Under the pieces are notes generated by a model. The model did no database searches. It was not told the origin of the DNA and worked only from the letters and a program-made list of their open reading frames with translations. The position numbers were made by a program, and so were the translations under genes. From a virus (taxonomy: Duplodnaviria; Caudoviricetes), in IMG/VR virus record IMGVR_UViG_3300005662_000156, positions 1-29,238 of that record: a DNA stretch of 29,238 bases, one strand, 5' to 3'. Below are positions 17,455 to 26,160 of the stretch, one piece after another. Position 1 is the first letter of the stretch. Each line of letters begins with the position of its first letter.

Positions 17455-20400
17455 ATGGCTGATAAGGCGTTATCATATGAAGACATATTGGCACAGGCGC
17501 GAGGGTCTAACGTATCTACGCAACCGCTATCCCCTGCGATAACGTCGCTCATTTCCGAGCCACAAGTAATGACGCCAATGTATCGTCCTGGCAGCATGAC
17601 TCCTGCAATAGAACCTCTTCGTGGTCAAATGACACCATATGAGGAGCCAGGATTATTAAGTTATACAGCGCAACAGTTTGGTCGAGGAATCGCTGAAACA
17701 CCTCGAGCATACGCTAACCTTATTGCAGCGCTTCCATCATTTGGACAAGCGGCAATATCACCATCTACGTATGCAGGTCTTGGCTCATACATTGCACAAA
17801 ATCCTTTAGCAGCAGCAGAAACAGGACTAGATATTATTGGCGATGTTTCAACCCGTGCGGCTGGTGGTATGCTTGGAACCGCATTATCTCTTCCTGCGGC
17901 TGCAAGAACTCTTGCTTTAACACGTAGTCCTGCCACTGCTGCAACTACACTTATGGCCGGGCCTGCAATGGGACAAGCTGCTGGTGGTTTAGTATGGGAT
18001 GTAGCAAAAGGAATTGCTACTGACGCAGCTAATTATATTCGAGGCGTTGCTGGTAAATCAGAACTTCCAATGCCAGAAGATGTACCAAAAACTTTGCGAG
18101 AAGCTCTTGGTCGTTTGGCATACGAAACTCCACAAAACGTACTTGGAGAAGGGTTTGAAAAATTATCTATTAAAGCTATTAAAGCAATTCCAAAAATAAA
18201 TGCGGCACCTAAAGCAGCGACCAACATTTATAATACCATTATTAACAAAAAAAGTGATGATGCTATTATTCTTGAGACTGCTAAAGTTTTAAATGAAGTT
18301 GGTGTTGATAAGCAAAAGATAATGACAGCATTGCAAAACGCTAAATATAGCGGCAATCCCTTTGCTGGTAATGCGACAACTGCTGAATTGCTTGGAGACC
18401 CAAATTTATATCGAATACAACAATTTACTCAGGAAAGCGTAGGGGGATTATCTCCTGAAGTTAATGCTCGCAAAGCAGAAATTTATAACATTACTAATCA
18501 ACTTGATGCAATAACTGGAGTGGATACGACTGACGCAATTCAACTGCGAAAGGATCTTCAAACAAAACTTGCAACAATTATTGAAGATGAAAAAACTCGC
18601 TTTACGCAAACCTATGAAAATATTTTAGCGCAAGGTCCAACACATTCTTTGTATGATGTGGCGGCCAAACTAAAACAAATAGACCCAAACTTATTTTCTA
18701 CTTCTACACGGAAACCTCCGTTAGCAAGTGAAGCAAAGGGAGGATTAAGTTCCAATGCAAAAACAGCGCTTGAATTTTTAAATCCAAATAGAGGAGGAAG
18801 GGTTGGAGTAACTTCAGTAACCTCAAAAGAATTGCATAGCGTTAGTTCAACGCTTAAAGAAGAAGCACGGGATGCAACTGGTCAAATTGCTGAAACTTAC
18901 AGTTCTTTAGCAAAATCTATTGATGATATTTTGTACGAAACACCAATAGGAAACGATCTTAAAAAAACAAATGTTGAATATCGCGATTTTGCAGAAACTT
19001 ACGCAGAGGGGGCGGTTAAGTCACTTGAAGACCCTCGTGTTATTACTCCAGAAAATGTTATTGAAAAGATAACGGCAAATACTACTGCGTGGAGAGATTC
19101 GCTTGCTAAGTTTAAAAATGACCCCGCAGCAATTCAAAAAATTATTGCTATTACATTTCAAGAATTTAAAGAATTAAAAAACATTGCTGATAAACGAGCA
19201 TGGATTAAAAAGCAACGCACTAATTTTAAAGAAACTCCGTTTAACGAGACGCTTGTTAAGGCAGACCTTGCACTAAAAAATCTTGACGAGATACTTCAAA
19301 ACAAAGAGCAACTTGAAGATTTGTTACCTAACCTGGATCAACTTGAATCGCTTGATTTAAGTGAATTGGCAAAAGTTGGATTTAGTGGCGAACTTTCTTC
19401 TGTTTCTCCGATTGAAAAAGCTAAAGGTGGGCTTGCTCGTCAAGTTATTCGAGATAAAACCCGCCAAGGGTTAAACGCATTTGGCAGATTATTAAAAAAT
19501 AAAGAAGCTATTGTTGGAGGGTTAAGCAGTATTGGATCGTATATAGTAGCTCCTACGGCAGCGCTTGCGGTTGGTGCAACTGCTATTGCGCGACTTGCCA
19601 ATAACGCAAAAAACGTCAAAAAACTTAACAGCAATTTGGCAAATGCACTTCAAAGACCAACTAAGGCATTAGAGATATTAGATGCGGCAGATGAAATAAA
19701 TAACAGGGGTGCTTCTTCGAATGTAGAAGAGCGTTTAGTTAAAGCTCAAAAAGACCTTGCTGTCAAACGAAAGCAAGTTGTTTCTCCAGAGCGTGTTGGA
19801 GTAGTTGCTGGGGCTCGAGGTGCTGCACTTCAAAGTGCTCTTCAAGGTGAGGCTGCTGCGCCAAGTATCCCAATGGCACAGCCTACTCCTAGTGCAACTC
19901 CTACTCCTACTGCAACTCCTACTGCCGCGCCTCGTACATTTAGCGACATATTAAAAGAAGCTTCGGATATAATAATACCTCCTGCTGAAGCTGCTGAACG
20001 AGTTTCAAGTTCAAAAAGCGTTGCAGCAGCACAAGCAAAACTTCGTGCTCGTGGAGCTATGCCAGAAGGTAATGTACAAGCAAAAACAACGCCTGGAAAA
20101 CTTTCGTTACGACCTCAATTAACTAAAAAAGAAAAGAGCATTCCGCTTCCACCTGTTGGCGAGAATTGGTCCCAACAGCGTATTAATGCACTAAAGACTG
20201 CATTTAATATGAAAAAGAGTGAACAAATTGGGTTGTTGAAACAATTTGCTACTAACAAGCCATACGACAAATTGCTTAAAAAGGTAGACCCTCTTACCCG
20301 TGCTGTGATCATGACTGAATCAACAGGAGATCACGCAAAGATTAGTCCTGTTGGTGCAATAGGGTTGATGCAAATTATGCCTGGAACGGCTTCTCATTTG

Positions 20401-20664
20401 CGTATTAATCCTTACGATCCAGAAGAGAATGTTCGTGGTGGTTCACAATACTTAAGGCAAATGAAAGATAAGTACAAAGACACCGACCTTGCACTTGCTG
20501 CGTATAATTGGGGTCCAGGGAACATGGATCGTGCCATGTCTTATCTTAAGAAAAAGAACGTGTCCCCAACATTTAAGAACATGGTAAAATACGCTTCTAA
20601 GATAGGTGTTCCACAAGAAACTATTGATTATGTACCAAGAGTAAAAGCAAACTTTCGCAAGTAG
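17455..20664 (+). CDS. Large ejection protein with C-terminal lytic transglycosylase (SLT) domain
   Basis: 1069 aa; C-terminal MTES, GAIGLMQIMPGTA, ALAAYNWGPGN, ETIDYV are SLT motifs. Confidence 0.9.
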   Translation: MADKALSYEDILAQARGSNVSTQPLSPAITSLISEPQVMTPMYRPGSMTPAIEPLRGQMTPYEEPGLLSYTAQQFGRGIAETPRAYANLIAALPSFGQAAISPSTYAGLGSYIAQNPLAAAETGLDIIGDVSTRAAGGMLGTALSLPAAARTLALTRSPATAATTLMAGPAMGQAAGGLVWDVAKGIATDAANYIRGVAGKSELPMPEDVPKTLREALGRLAYETPQNVLGEGFEKLSIKAIKAIPKINAAPKAATNIYNTIINKKSDDAIILETAKVLNEVGVDKQKIMTALQNAKYSGNPFAGNATTAELLGDPNLYRIQQFTQESVGGLSPEVNARKAEIYNITNQLDAITGVDTTDAIQLRKDLQTKLATIIEDEKTRFTQTYENILAQGPTHSLYDVAAKLKQIDPNLFSTSTRKPPLASEAKGGLSSNAKTALEFLNPNRGGRVGVTSVTSKELHSVSSTLKEEARDATGQIAETYSSLAKSIDDILYETPIGNDLKKTNVEYRDFAETYAEGAVKSLEDPRVITPENVIEKITANTTAWRDSLAKFKNDPAAIQKIIAITFQEFKELKNIADKRAWIKKQRTNFKETPFNETLVKADLALKNLDEILQNKEQLEDLLPNLDQLESLDLSELAKVGFSGELSSVSPIEKAKGGLARQVIRDKTRQGLNAFGRLLKNKEAIVGGLSSIGSYIVAPTAALAVGATAIARLANNAKNVKKLNSNLANALQRPTKALEILDAADEINNRGASSNVEERLVKAQKDLAVKRKQVVSPERVGVVAGARGAALQSALQGEAAAPSIPMAQPTPSATPTPTATPTAAPRTFSDILKEASDIIIPPAEAAERVSSSKSVAAAQAKLRARGAMPEGNVQAKTTPGKLSLRPQLTKKEKSIPLPPVGENWSQQRINALKTAFNMKKSEQIGLLKQFATNKPYDKLLKKVDPLTRAVIMTESTGDHAKISPVGAIGLMQIMPGTASHLRINPYDPEENVRGGSQYLRQMKDKYKDTDLALAAYNWGPGNMDRAMSYLKKKNVSPTFKNMVKYASKIGVPQETIDYVPRVKANFRK

Positions 20665-20673
20665 GAGAATAAA

Positions 20674-21570
20674 ATGGGTTGGTCTGGAGGAAATTATAGC
20701 AAAGGAAACTCTTCTACTGGAGGGTGGGTAGGAGATGCATCCCTTGGTATAGGCATTGAAGCGGGGCGCCATGATACTCAAGACTCGGACTTCGCGACTG
20801 GTATTAATCAATGTGTTAATAAAGATGGTTCAAATGCCTTTACTGGCAATGCAAATCTCAACAACAATCGTATTATAAGCGTAGCAACGGCAACTGCTCG
20901 TACCGACGCGCCACAAGTTGCACAGGTACAAGACGGTGACTTTACCTGGCTTGGCACCACTGCTGGCACTGCTACAGCTATGACTGCTTCAGCTACTCCT
21001 GCGATTACAGCGTACAAAGCTGGTCAAAAGTTTAGGATGCTTACTGGCACTGCGAGCACTGGCACGAATGTTACAGGACATTCGTTAGCCATTAACGGTT
21101 TAGCTGCTAAAAGCATTAAAACTGGACAGGGCAGCTTTGATCCGACAATTGGTGATTGGATAGCAAATAGCTTGCTTGAGCTTGTTTATGATGGAACTAA
21201 TTTTAGAATAAACAATGCTGCTGGAACGTGGATAACGTATTCTCCTACGCTTACTGTGCCATCAGGGACCGCAACAGGAATTAGTTACGATCATGCCGTT
21301 TATCAAAAATATAGTCGTATTGTACATTGGCAACTAACCGTCTTGTGGACGCAAAATACATCCACGGCTGCTTACGTTGATATTACTTTTCCAATTGCTC
21401 CCTATTATAATTATCAAACCTTAGCGGTTACTGCACAAATTGGCGGGTCTACTGTCTCTGGTTTTTGTTTGCCAACAGCTACAACATTCAGATTCTATAA
21501 TTATAATCAAAATACTTGGGGCACTGGCCCAAATTTATTAAGTGTTGGTGGAATTTACATGAGCGCATAA
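20674..21570 (+). CDS. Tail fibre protein
   Basis: 298 aa, SD AGGAG; N-terminal DFATGINQCVNKDG anchor-like region, T/A/G-rich, followed by a fibre chaperone. Confidence 0.75.
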   Translation: MGWSGGNYSKGNSSTGGWVGDASLGIGIEAGRHDTQDSDFATGINQCVNKDGSNAFTGNANLNNNRIISVATATARTDAPQVAQVQDGDFTWLGTTAGTATAMTASATPAITAYKAGQKFRMLTGTASTGTNVTGHSLAINGLAAKSIKTGQGSFDPTIGDWIANSLLELVYDGTNFRINNAAGTWITYSPTLTVPSGTATGISYDHAVYQKYSRIVHWQLTVLWTQNTSTAAYVDITFPIAPYYNYQTLAVTAQIGGSTVSGFCLPTATTFRFYNYNQNTWGTGPNLLSVGGIYMSA

Positions 21571-21578
21571 GGATAACT

Positions 21579-21818
21579 ATGAAATGGAATGACTTGCTAA
21601 TTATCCCTTTTGGAAATGAAAATCCGCCAGAAGAAAATATTAAAGCGGCAATTCGTGGCTGGCGTAACCGTGAACTAGCAGCCTCAGACTGGACGCAATT
21701 ACCCGACGTAGACCTTGCAAACAAATGGGATTGGGCAGTCTATCGCCAATCATTGCGGGATATGATGGCGCAGAACGAAGACCCTAAACTGATTGTGTTC
21801 CCGACGCCTCCAGTATGA
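21579..21818 (+). CDS. Tail fibre assembly chaperone
   Basis: Likely start ATG 21579 (SD AAGGA); RNRELAASDWTQLPD...WAVYRQSLRD...FPTPP signature. Confidence 0.88.
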   Translation: MKWNDLLIIPFGNENPPEENIKAAIRGWRNRELAASDWTQLPDVDLANKWDWAVYRQSLRDMMAQNEDPKLIVFPTPPV

Positions 21819-22207
21819 AAACCTTGAGGCTTGTCAGAGTCACAGAACATAATAACGCTACGTTTGGTGTGCTTTGTATCAATGATAGGCCTATGTTTCT
21901 TACGTTAGAGGATGCTTGGCGAGACAATGAGCGTTTGGTGTCGTGCATTCCAAAAGGAAAGTACGTTATCAAGCGACACAAATCTCCTAAGTTTGGAGAG
22001 TGTTTCAAGGTACAAGATGTGCCTGATCGTAGTGATATTCTTATCCATGCGGGAAACACGCATATAGATACTCATGGTTGTATTCTTTTAGGTTTGATGT
22101 TTGGAACAGTTGGAACGAACAGTGCAATCCTCTCAAGTAGAGCTGCGGTCGCCAACTTCATGACAGAAATGCTTGAAGTGGAGGAAGCAACGCTTGAGAT
22201 TGTATGA
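21815..22207 (+). CDS. DUF5675-family putative endolysin (L,D-transpeptidase-like)
   Basis: 130 aa; TFGVL, TLED, SCIPKGKY, VPDRSDILIHAGN..DTHGCILLG. Confidence 0.85.
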   Translation: MKTLRLVRVTEHNNATFGVLCINDRPMFLTLEDAWRDNERLVSCIPKGKYVIKRHKSPKFGECFKVQDVPDRSDILIHAGNTHIDTHGCILLGLMFGTVGTNSAILSSRAAVANFMTEMLEVEEATLEIV

Positions 22208-22446
22208 CGGAACACGACATTACTGAGTTTCGCTATTGGCTAGACCTTTTGCTTAAGGGTGCTATTGGTGTGATCTTATCTCTTGTTGGACTGGATTATC
22301 GTCAAGTTAAAAACTCTCTTAAAGAGTTGGAGCAGAGTAAGTACAACCTTACGATGCAAGTTCAGGTTGCCAATGTTGAGCTTAGTACGATTAAGTCGCG
22401 ACTTGAGCGAATAGAGCAAAAGTTGGATAGGATACTAGAGAAATGA
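22204..22446 (+). CDS. Single-TM coiled-coil protein, holin/antiholin candidate
   Basis: 80 aa; hydrophobic LLLKGAIGVILSLVGL then heptad-rich tail; directly after the endolysin. Confidence 0.55.
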   Translation: MTEHDITEFRYWLDLLLKGAIGVILSLVGLDYRQVKNSLKELEQSKYNLTMQVQVANVELSTIKSRLERIEQKLDRILEK

Positions 22447-23267
22447 GAATCCTAGTTGTGTTGTTAGCATTTATGGTAACAGCACAAGCACAAGGGGTTA
22501 GTTACATAGGTTTGTGCAACAGTACTTGGGACTGTGACAGCATAATGCGTACTTGGGATAGCAAGCCTATTATCACTGGATGGCTTGAAGAGTCTTTTGG
22601 TGCGCGATGTGAGTGTGGGAAGCGTATTCTTCGTAGCAAGAAAGAAAAGGTGCTTCGTATTCATTTGATAAACTCTCCGTGCATGAGAAACAAGCGGTGC
22701 GAACCGTCTGATGTGCTTTATAGGCAGTCAGCGACCTCTGCAAGCCGTAAGATGCTCAAGCCTAGGTCTAACCTAAGACGCAAATTTCAACGCGTTGTAG
22801 AGCGGTTTAAGAGACGTATTGCGGCTTCCAAAGGACCGCTTACTTGTTATGTATCGCCTTGTCTGGAGTGTGATCTTTATGAACCAGCTCGGAAAGCTAT
22901 GCTTGATATTGTATCTATTGCTTTGCCTGCTTGTATCCTTGTGGACAATCCGCTTAAGGGACGTTGCATTGAAGGCGCGGTGTGTGAGCGGCATGGCTCC
23001 GATCCAGGACTGTCCTTTCCCTGTATCGCCGACCTTGACGGGGAAGAGCTTTCAAAAACTGTTGACATACAAAGGTTCTATAGAAACACTAGGCAGTGCG
23101 ACTTACGTTTTTACTGGTCGTCATGGATGAATTGCAGCGGCGTTAAAGATCCTTCGCTAAGTATATCCCTCTTATTTACGCCACCATCCGAGCGTCGTTG
23201 CAATTCGTCTATGTTTAAAATTAAAGAAGCTGGGAGAATCGCATGGAAATTATTATCGCCTCGGTAA
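22443..23267 (+). CDS. Exported cysteine-rich protein of unknown function
   Basis: 274 aa; signal peptide MRILVVLLAFMVTAQA; 16 Cys counted. Confidence 0.75.
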   Translation: MRILVVLLAFMVTAQAQGVSYIGLCNSTWDCDSIMRTWDSKPIITGWLEESFGARCECGKRILRSKKEKVLRIHLINSPCMRNKRCEPSDVLYRQSATSASRKMLKPRSNLRRKFQRVVERFKRRIAASKGPLTCYVSPCLECDLYEPARKAMLDIVSIALPACILVDNPLKGRCIEGAVCERHGSDPGLSFPCIADLDGEELSKTVDIQRFYRNTRQCDLRFYWSSWMNCSGVKDPSLSISLLFTPPSERRCNSSMFKIKEAGRIAWKLLSPR

Positions 23268-23428
23268 TTAGGCATCTTCTTACTTTGGTTGCTGGAGGTC
23301 TTTTGACTGTTGGAGTATCTGAGGCTGAGTCACATCAGTTAGCAGAAGCAGCAACGCCTGTAGTATCTGGAGCAATTCTTTACGGCGTATCTCAAGTTTG
23401 GTCGCTCAAAGATAAAAAGAAAAAGTAG
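23243..23428 (+). CDS. Putative holin (two TM helices, basic tail)
   Basis: 61 aa; IRHLLTLVAGGLL and WSLKDKKKK; SD GGGAG. Confidence 0.75.
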   Translation: MEIIIASVIRHLLTLVAGGLLTVGVSEAESHQLAEAATPVVSGAILYGVSQVWSLKDKKKK

Positions 23429-23926
23429 TTAAAGTCTAAACTTTTTGTAGCGTAATGTGCTTTCTTTCTCTGCCGCTTGGGAAGGTTCTATGCGTATTTT
23501 TTGTCTAACATAAGACGTTATTGCTACGAAACGACCTGCTTCTTCTATCGTAAGAAAGTGTAGTTTAAATTGCATGATTGCTTGTTTCCGTATGCAAGAG
23601 GCCGCGCTATCCCCATCGTTGTATAGTTGTTCTGTTAAGTAGGTCAGGTTAAAGGCAAGTGGTTCTTTTTCAAACAAAAACCACCGTAGTCTATTAAACT
23701 CGTTAATTGCTTTTATATTAAAGTCGTTATTGAAAGTGGGTGATCTACTTTCGCAATTGATCAGTTGTCCCTGTCCTGTATTTGAAAGTTTGTTAAAGAA
23801 AAAACAATAATCTTTAAGTGCGCGTTCTATTACTGCAAACCACAAATTGCGCTCTGGAGTTTCGTTTGATGGTGGCTCCTCGCCACTCTTAGAAACCCTC
23901 CAGTTTTTATAGCTATCGGATATCAT
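23429..23926 (-). CDS. Hypothetical protein (PERNLWFAVIERALKD motif)
   Basis: 165 aa, 4-nt overlap with the VRR-NUC gene; motif recalled from uncharacterised phage proteins. Confidence 0.7.
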   Translation of the reverse strand: MISDSYKNWRVSKSGEEPPSNETPERNLWFAVIERALKDYCFFFNKLSNTGQGQLINCESRSPTFNNDFNIKAINEFNRLRWFLFEKEPLAFNLTYLTEQLYNDGDSAASCIRKQAIMQFKLHFLTIEEAGRFVAITSYVRQKIRIEPSQAAEKESTLRYKKFRL

Positions 23927-24306
23927 AATTGATTAGCTACATACTTTTTAAGTGTTTCTATAGCTTCAGACGCTGACCAACATAGTACGGCATAATTTCC
24001 TACTGAGTTGAGATGCCGCAGGACTGCCATTTGTTCAGGAGATGCCTTGTTTGGCTTAACTTTCATCTCGATATAGAGGCCTGCGTATTTATCGTTTGGT
24101 ACAGGAATAACTATGTCGGGTATACCTTTCCTTACCCCTGCTCGTTTTAACGCAACACGGCGCTGTATAGAGGCCTTGCGTTCGTTTGGGACATGAAACG
24201 CAAGCCGATAGGCAGGACTTTGTTCTTCCATGTAACGGCAGAAGTCGAAGAAGGTGAACATTTCAAGTTCTTCAGGACCGTGTTTAAACTTAGTAATACG
24301 TTTCAT
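23923..24306 (-). CDS. VRR-NUC domain nuclease (Holliday-junction resolvase-like)
   Basis: FHVPNE, GVRKGIPD, GLYIEMK, SPEQ motifs. Confidence 0.9.
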   Translation of the reverse strand: MKRITKFKHGPEELEMFTFFDFCRYMEEQSPAYRLAFHVPNERKASIQRRVALKRAGVRKGIPDIVIPVPNDKYAGLYIEMKVKPNKASPEQMAVLRHLNSVGNYAVLCWSASEAIETLKKYVANQL

Positions 24307-24898
24307 CGGTATCCGCTACTGACCATCTATCACTATTCTCGGCGCTCCAAACGGTAGGAATTGTTTTGTATCCTCGCTTGCCTGGTTCTGGATTATTACC
24401 CAAGAAGTAGGCGTCTTTGAAAGCAACTCTGTTGGTAGGCAAACATGCAATTTGTCCGTTAGCAAGCAATAGGACGTGTGCACATTTGTTTTGATCAGGC
24501 TGGAGCAGGAGGCCAGGTTTATCATCGCTATCAGGTAGCCAATCAATCGTAAACCAATACTGACCATGTACAGTTCTTTTGTCTTTAAGTGTAGCGTTGC
24601 ATGAGTAGTCACGCAAAAAGTCAAATACAGTAACTATTGGCTTGTAACTAAAACAATCCCAAAGTTGTAGACGCTCCAGGTCATATGTTTCTGTTGCTGT
24701 TATGTCGTGAAGAACCCAATGTAACGGAACATGCCTGAAGTGTGCACCTGATTGTAGCAATACATGAAACTGCAGTGCGCGACTTTTGAAAGATTGAATA
24801 GCGAATGCATATCCCGCCTCATATCCATCTGCCTCCTCATTGTCGAGAAGGTGTCTGTTATGAATCCATACTTTTAGAGGTGGGATATCTGCATTCAC
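24290..24898 (-). CDS. Conserved phage hypothetical protein
   Basis: 202 aa, GTG start; NADIPP, QLWDCFSY, YWFTIDW, NGQIACLPTNR resemble a family common in aquatic phages (recall). Confidence 0.8.
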   Translation of the reverse strand: MNADIPPLKVWIHNRHLLDNEEADGYEAGYAFAIQSFKSRALQFHVLLQSGAHFRHVPLHWVLHDITATETYDLERLQLWDCFSYKPIVTVFDFLRDYSCNATLKDKRTVHGQYWFTIDWLPDSDDKPGLLLQPDQNKCAHVLLLANGQIACLPTNRVAFKDAYFLGNNPEPGKRGYKTIPTVWSAENSDRWSVADTDETYY

Positions 24899-25041
24899 TT
24901 TTTCTTCTTTTCTTCTTTTTTAGTTACGTTTTTAACGGTGCCTTTGTTTTCACTGGCGTAGAAAACTTCTTCACCTTTTTCTTTGCCGTAATACTTTTCC
25001 ATTGCGGCGCGAATCTTAAGTCCTTTTTTGTTTAGTGGCAT
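24895..25041 (-). CDS. Small basic protein, 48 aa (not in the ORF track)
   Basis: Hand-translated MPLNKKGLKIRAAMEKYYGKEKGEEVFYASENKGTVKNVTKKEEKKKK; TAATG and GTGA overlaps fill the gap exactly. Confidence 0.85.
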   Translation of the reverse strand: MPLNKKGLKIRAAMEKYYGKEKGEEVFYASENKGTVKNVTKKEEKKKK

Positions 25042-25259
25042 TACGCATCCTCTTTTATTTTATCGGGTGAGAAGAGCAACATGTCATTGTTCATGCAATG
25101 AATGTCGTTCAGCAATGCGTCTATGTTACCTCGTAGGTAACCGGAACAATAAGCATCTTTAAGGTTCTCTGGATAGATTTTGCCGTCTTTCATTATCTCC
25201 ATCATGAAATCAACGTAATCTTGTGCCAATTCTTGTTTTGTTTTTTTATCTTTCAACAT
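25041..25259 (-). CDS. Hypothetical protein
   Basis: Likely start ATG 25259 (MLKDKK..., GGAGG upstream) rather than TTG 25319. Confidence 0.6.
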   Translation of the reverse strand: MLKDKKTKQELAQDYVDFMMEIMKDGKIYPENLKDAYCSGYLRGNIDALLNDIHCMNNDMLLFSPDKIKEDA

Positions 25260-25488
25260 AAACGCCTTTGCCTCCGAATAAATCGACTTGTACCTTTTCT
25301 GCGTGTAGCACCGTTTCAAGAATGGCTTGTGCCATCTCTATTGGAGAGCAGCAATAGTATATGTTTATAAGTTCTCTAAGGTCTGGTCTTTGGATTGGAT
25401 CGTGCGTGTAGTTCTCGTCTTCGCGTATCCAAACAACGATCTCCCACCTACCATCTGTGATTCTGTGGCTGCTGTAGTATTTGTTCAT
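25246..25488 (-). CDS. Hypothetical protein
   Basis: 80 aa, ATGA overlap with the upstream gene. Confidence 0.65.
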   Translation of the reverse strand: MNKYYSSHRITDGRWEIVVWIREDENYTHDPIQRPDLRELINIYYCCSPIEMAQAILETVLHAEKVQVDLFGGKGVYVER

Positions 25489-25844
25489 ATTGCGATCCTA
25501 AACGATAATAGCTGAAGCAATTCTTCTTTGCTTATTTCTTTTTCGTCCCACCAAATCCTTCCATCGTCTGGAGAGGTTCTTTCAAACTGTAAGAGGTGGA
25601 ATCCTTCGTACATTGGATCTTTTTTACAGCATTGATCTATGACTTCGATAAGGTCGCGTTGTGCTTGCCTAAGCGAAGATTTCCATCGTTTTTCTTCTAT
25701 CATCATCCATTTGAGTTTCTCGTAGTTACCCCAAATATAATCAAGGTTAGTTGCAAGATACCCGTGTTTTTGATCTAGGCTTTTTTGATTTCTAAGCCAT
25801 AAACCAAACTCAGTTGAGTGCGAATCGTTTCTTTGTCTAGTCAT
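25485..25844 (-). CDS. Putative PD-(D/E)XK-like nuclease
   Basis: Likely start ATG 25844 after SD TTGGAG; NLD...MIEEK...Q pattern. Confidence 0.6.
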   Translation of the reverse strand: MTRQRNDSHSTEFGLWLRNQKSLDQKHGYLATNLDYIWGNYEKLKWMMIEEKRWKSSLRQAQRDLIEVIDQCCKKDPMYEGFHLLQFERTSPDDGRIWWDEKEISKEELLQLLSFRIAI

Positions 25845-25859
25845 ATGTGTCTCCAATTA

Positions 25860-25894
25860 GGTCGTAGGCGCTTATGGAGAAAGCACCCACGACC
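25860..25894 (-). promoter_or_regulatory. 14-bp RNA hairpin with anti-SD loop, 3 nt before TTGGAGAC
   Basis: GGUCGUGGGUGCUU-UCUCCAU-AAGCGCCUACGACC; two G.U pairs only on the - strand. Confidence 0.6.
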
Positions 25895-25905
25895 ATCTGT
25901 CTACA

Positions 25906-26160
25906 TTAGAACGGCACGTTGTCGCTAGATGTTTTAGACTTTTTTAGTGCGTGATTGATCCAATACAGATTGTTGTTCAGGTTCATCACCTCACTGATTA
26001 GGATCATAATCAGCGCATCGGTCTTGCTGTTGGCTCCGATATCTGCCGCCTTCGCGATCTGCTTAACCATGTCGATGTTGTCCACCGCCTTCTGAAGATT
26101 CTTAGCCTTAGCCTCTGCATCCCACTCTTCACGTGTTTTCTTTGCGAACGCCATATTCAT
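25906..26160 (-). CDS. Hypothetical protein ending in SSB-tail-like DNVPF
   Basis: 84 aa helical; ATGA overlap with the upstream gene. Confidence 0.7.
   Translation of the reverse strand: MNMAFAKKTREEWDAEAKAKNLQKAVDNIDMVKQIAKAADIGANSKTDALIMILISEVMNLNNNLYWINHALKKSKTSSDNVPF

Noticed and set aside
20674-21570. Diversity-generating retroelement or invertible tail-fibre cassette
   Set aside because: No reverse transcriptase, invertase or template/variable repeat pair noticed in this window.
493-23130. Many short antisense and alternate-frame ORFs in the track
   Set aside because: Shadows of long, well-supported genes; no SD or recognisable motifs.
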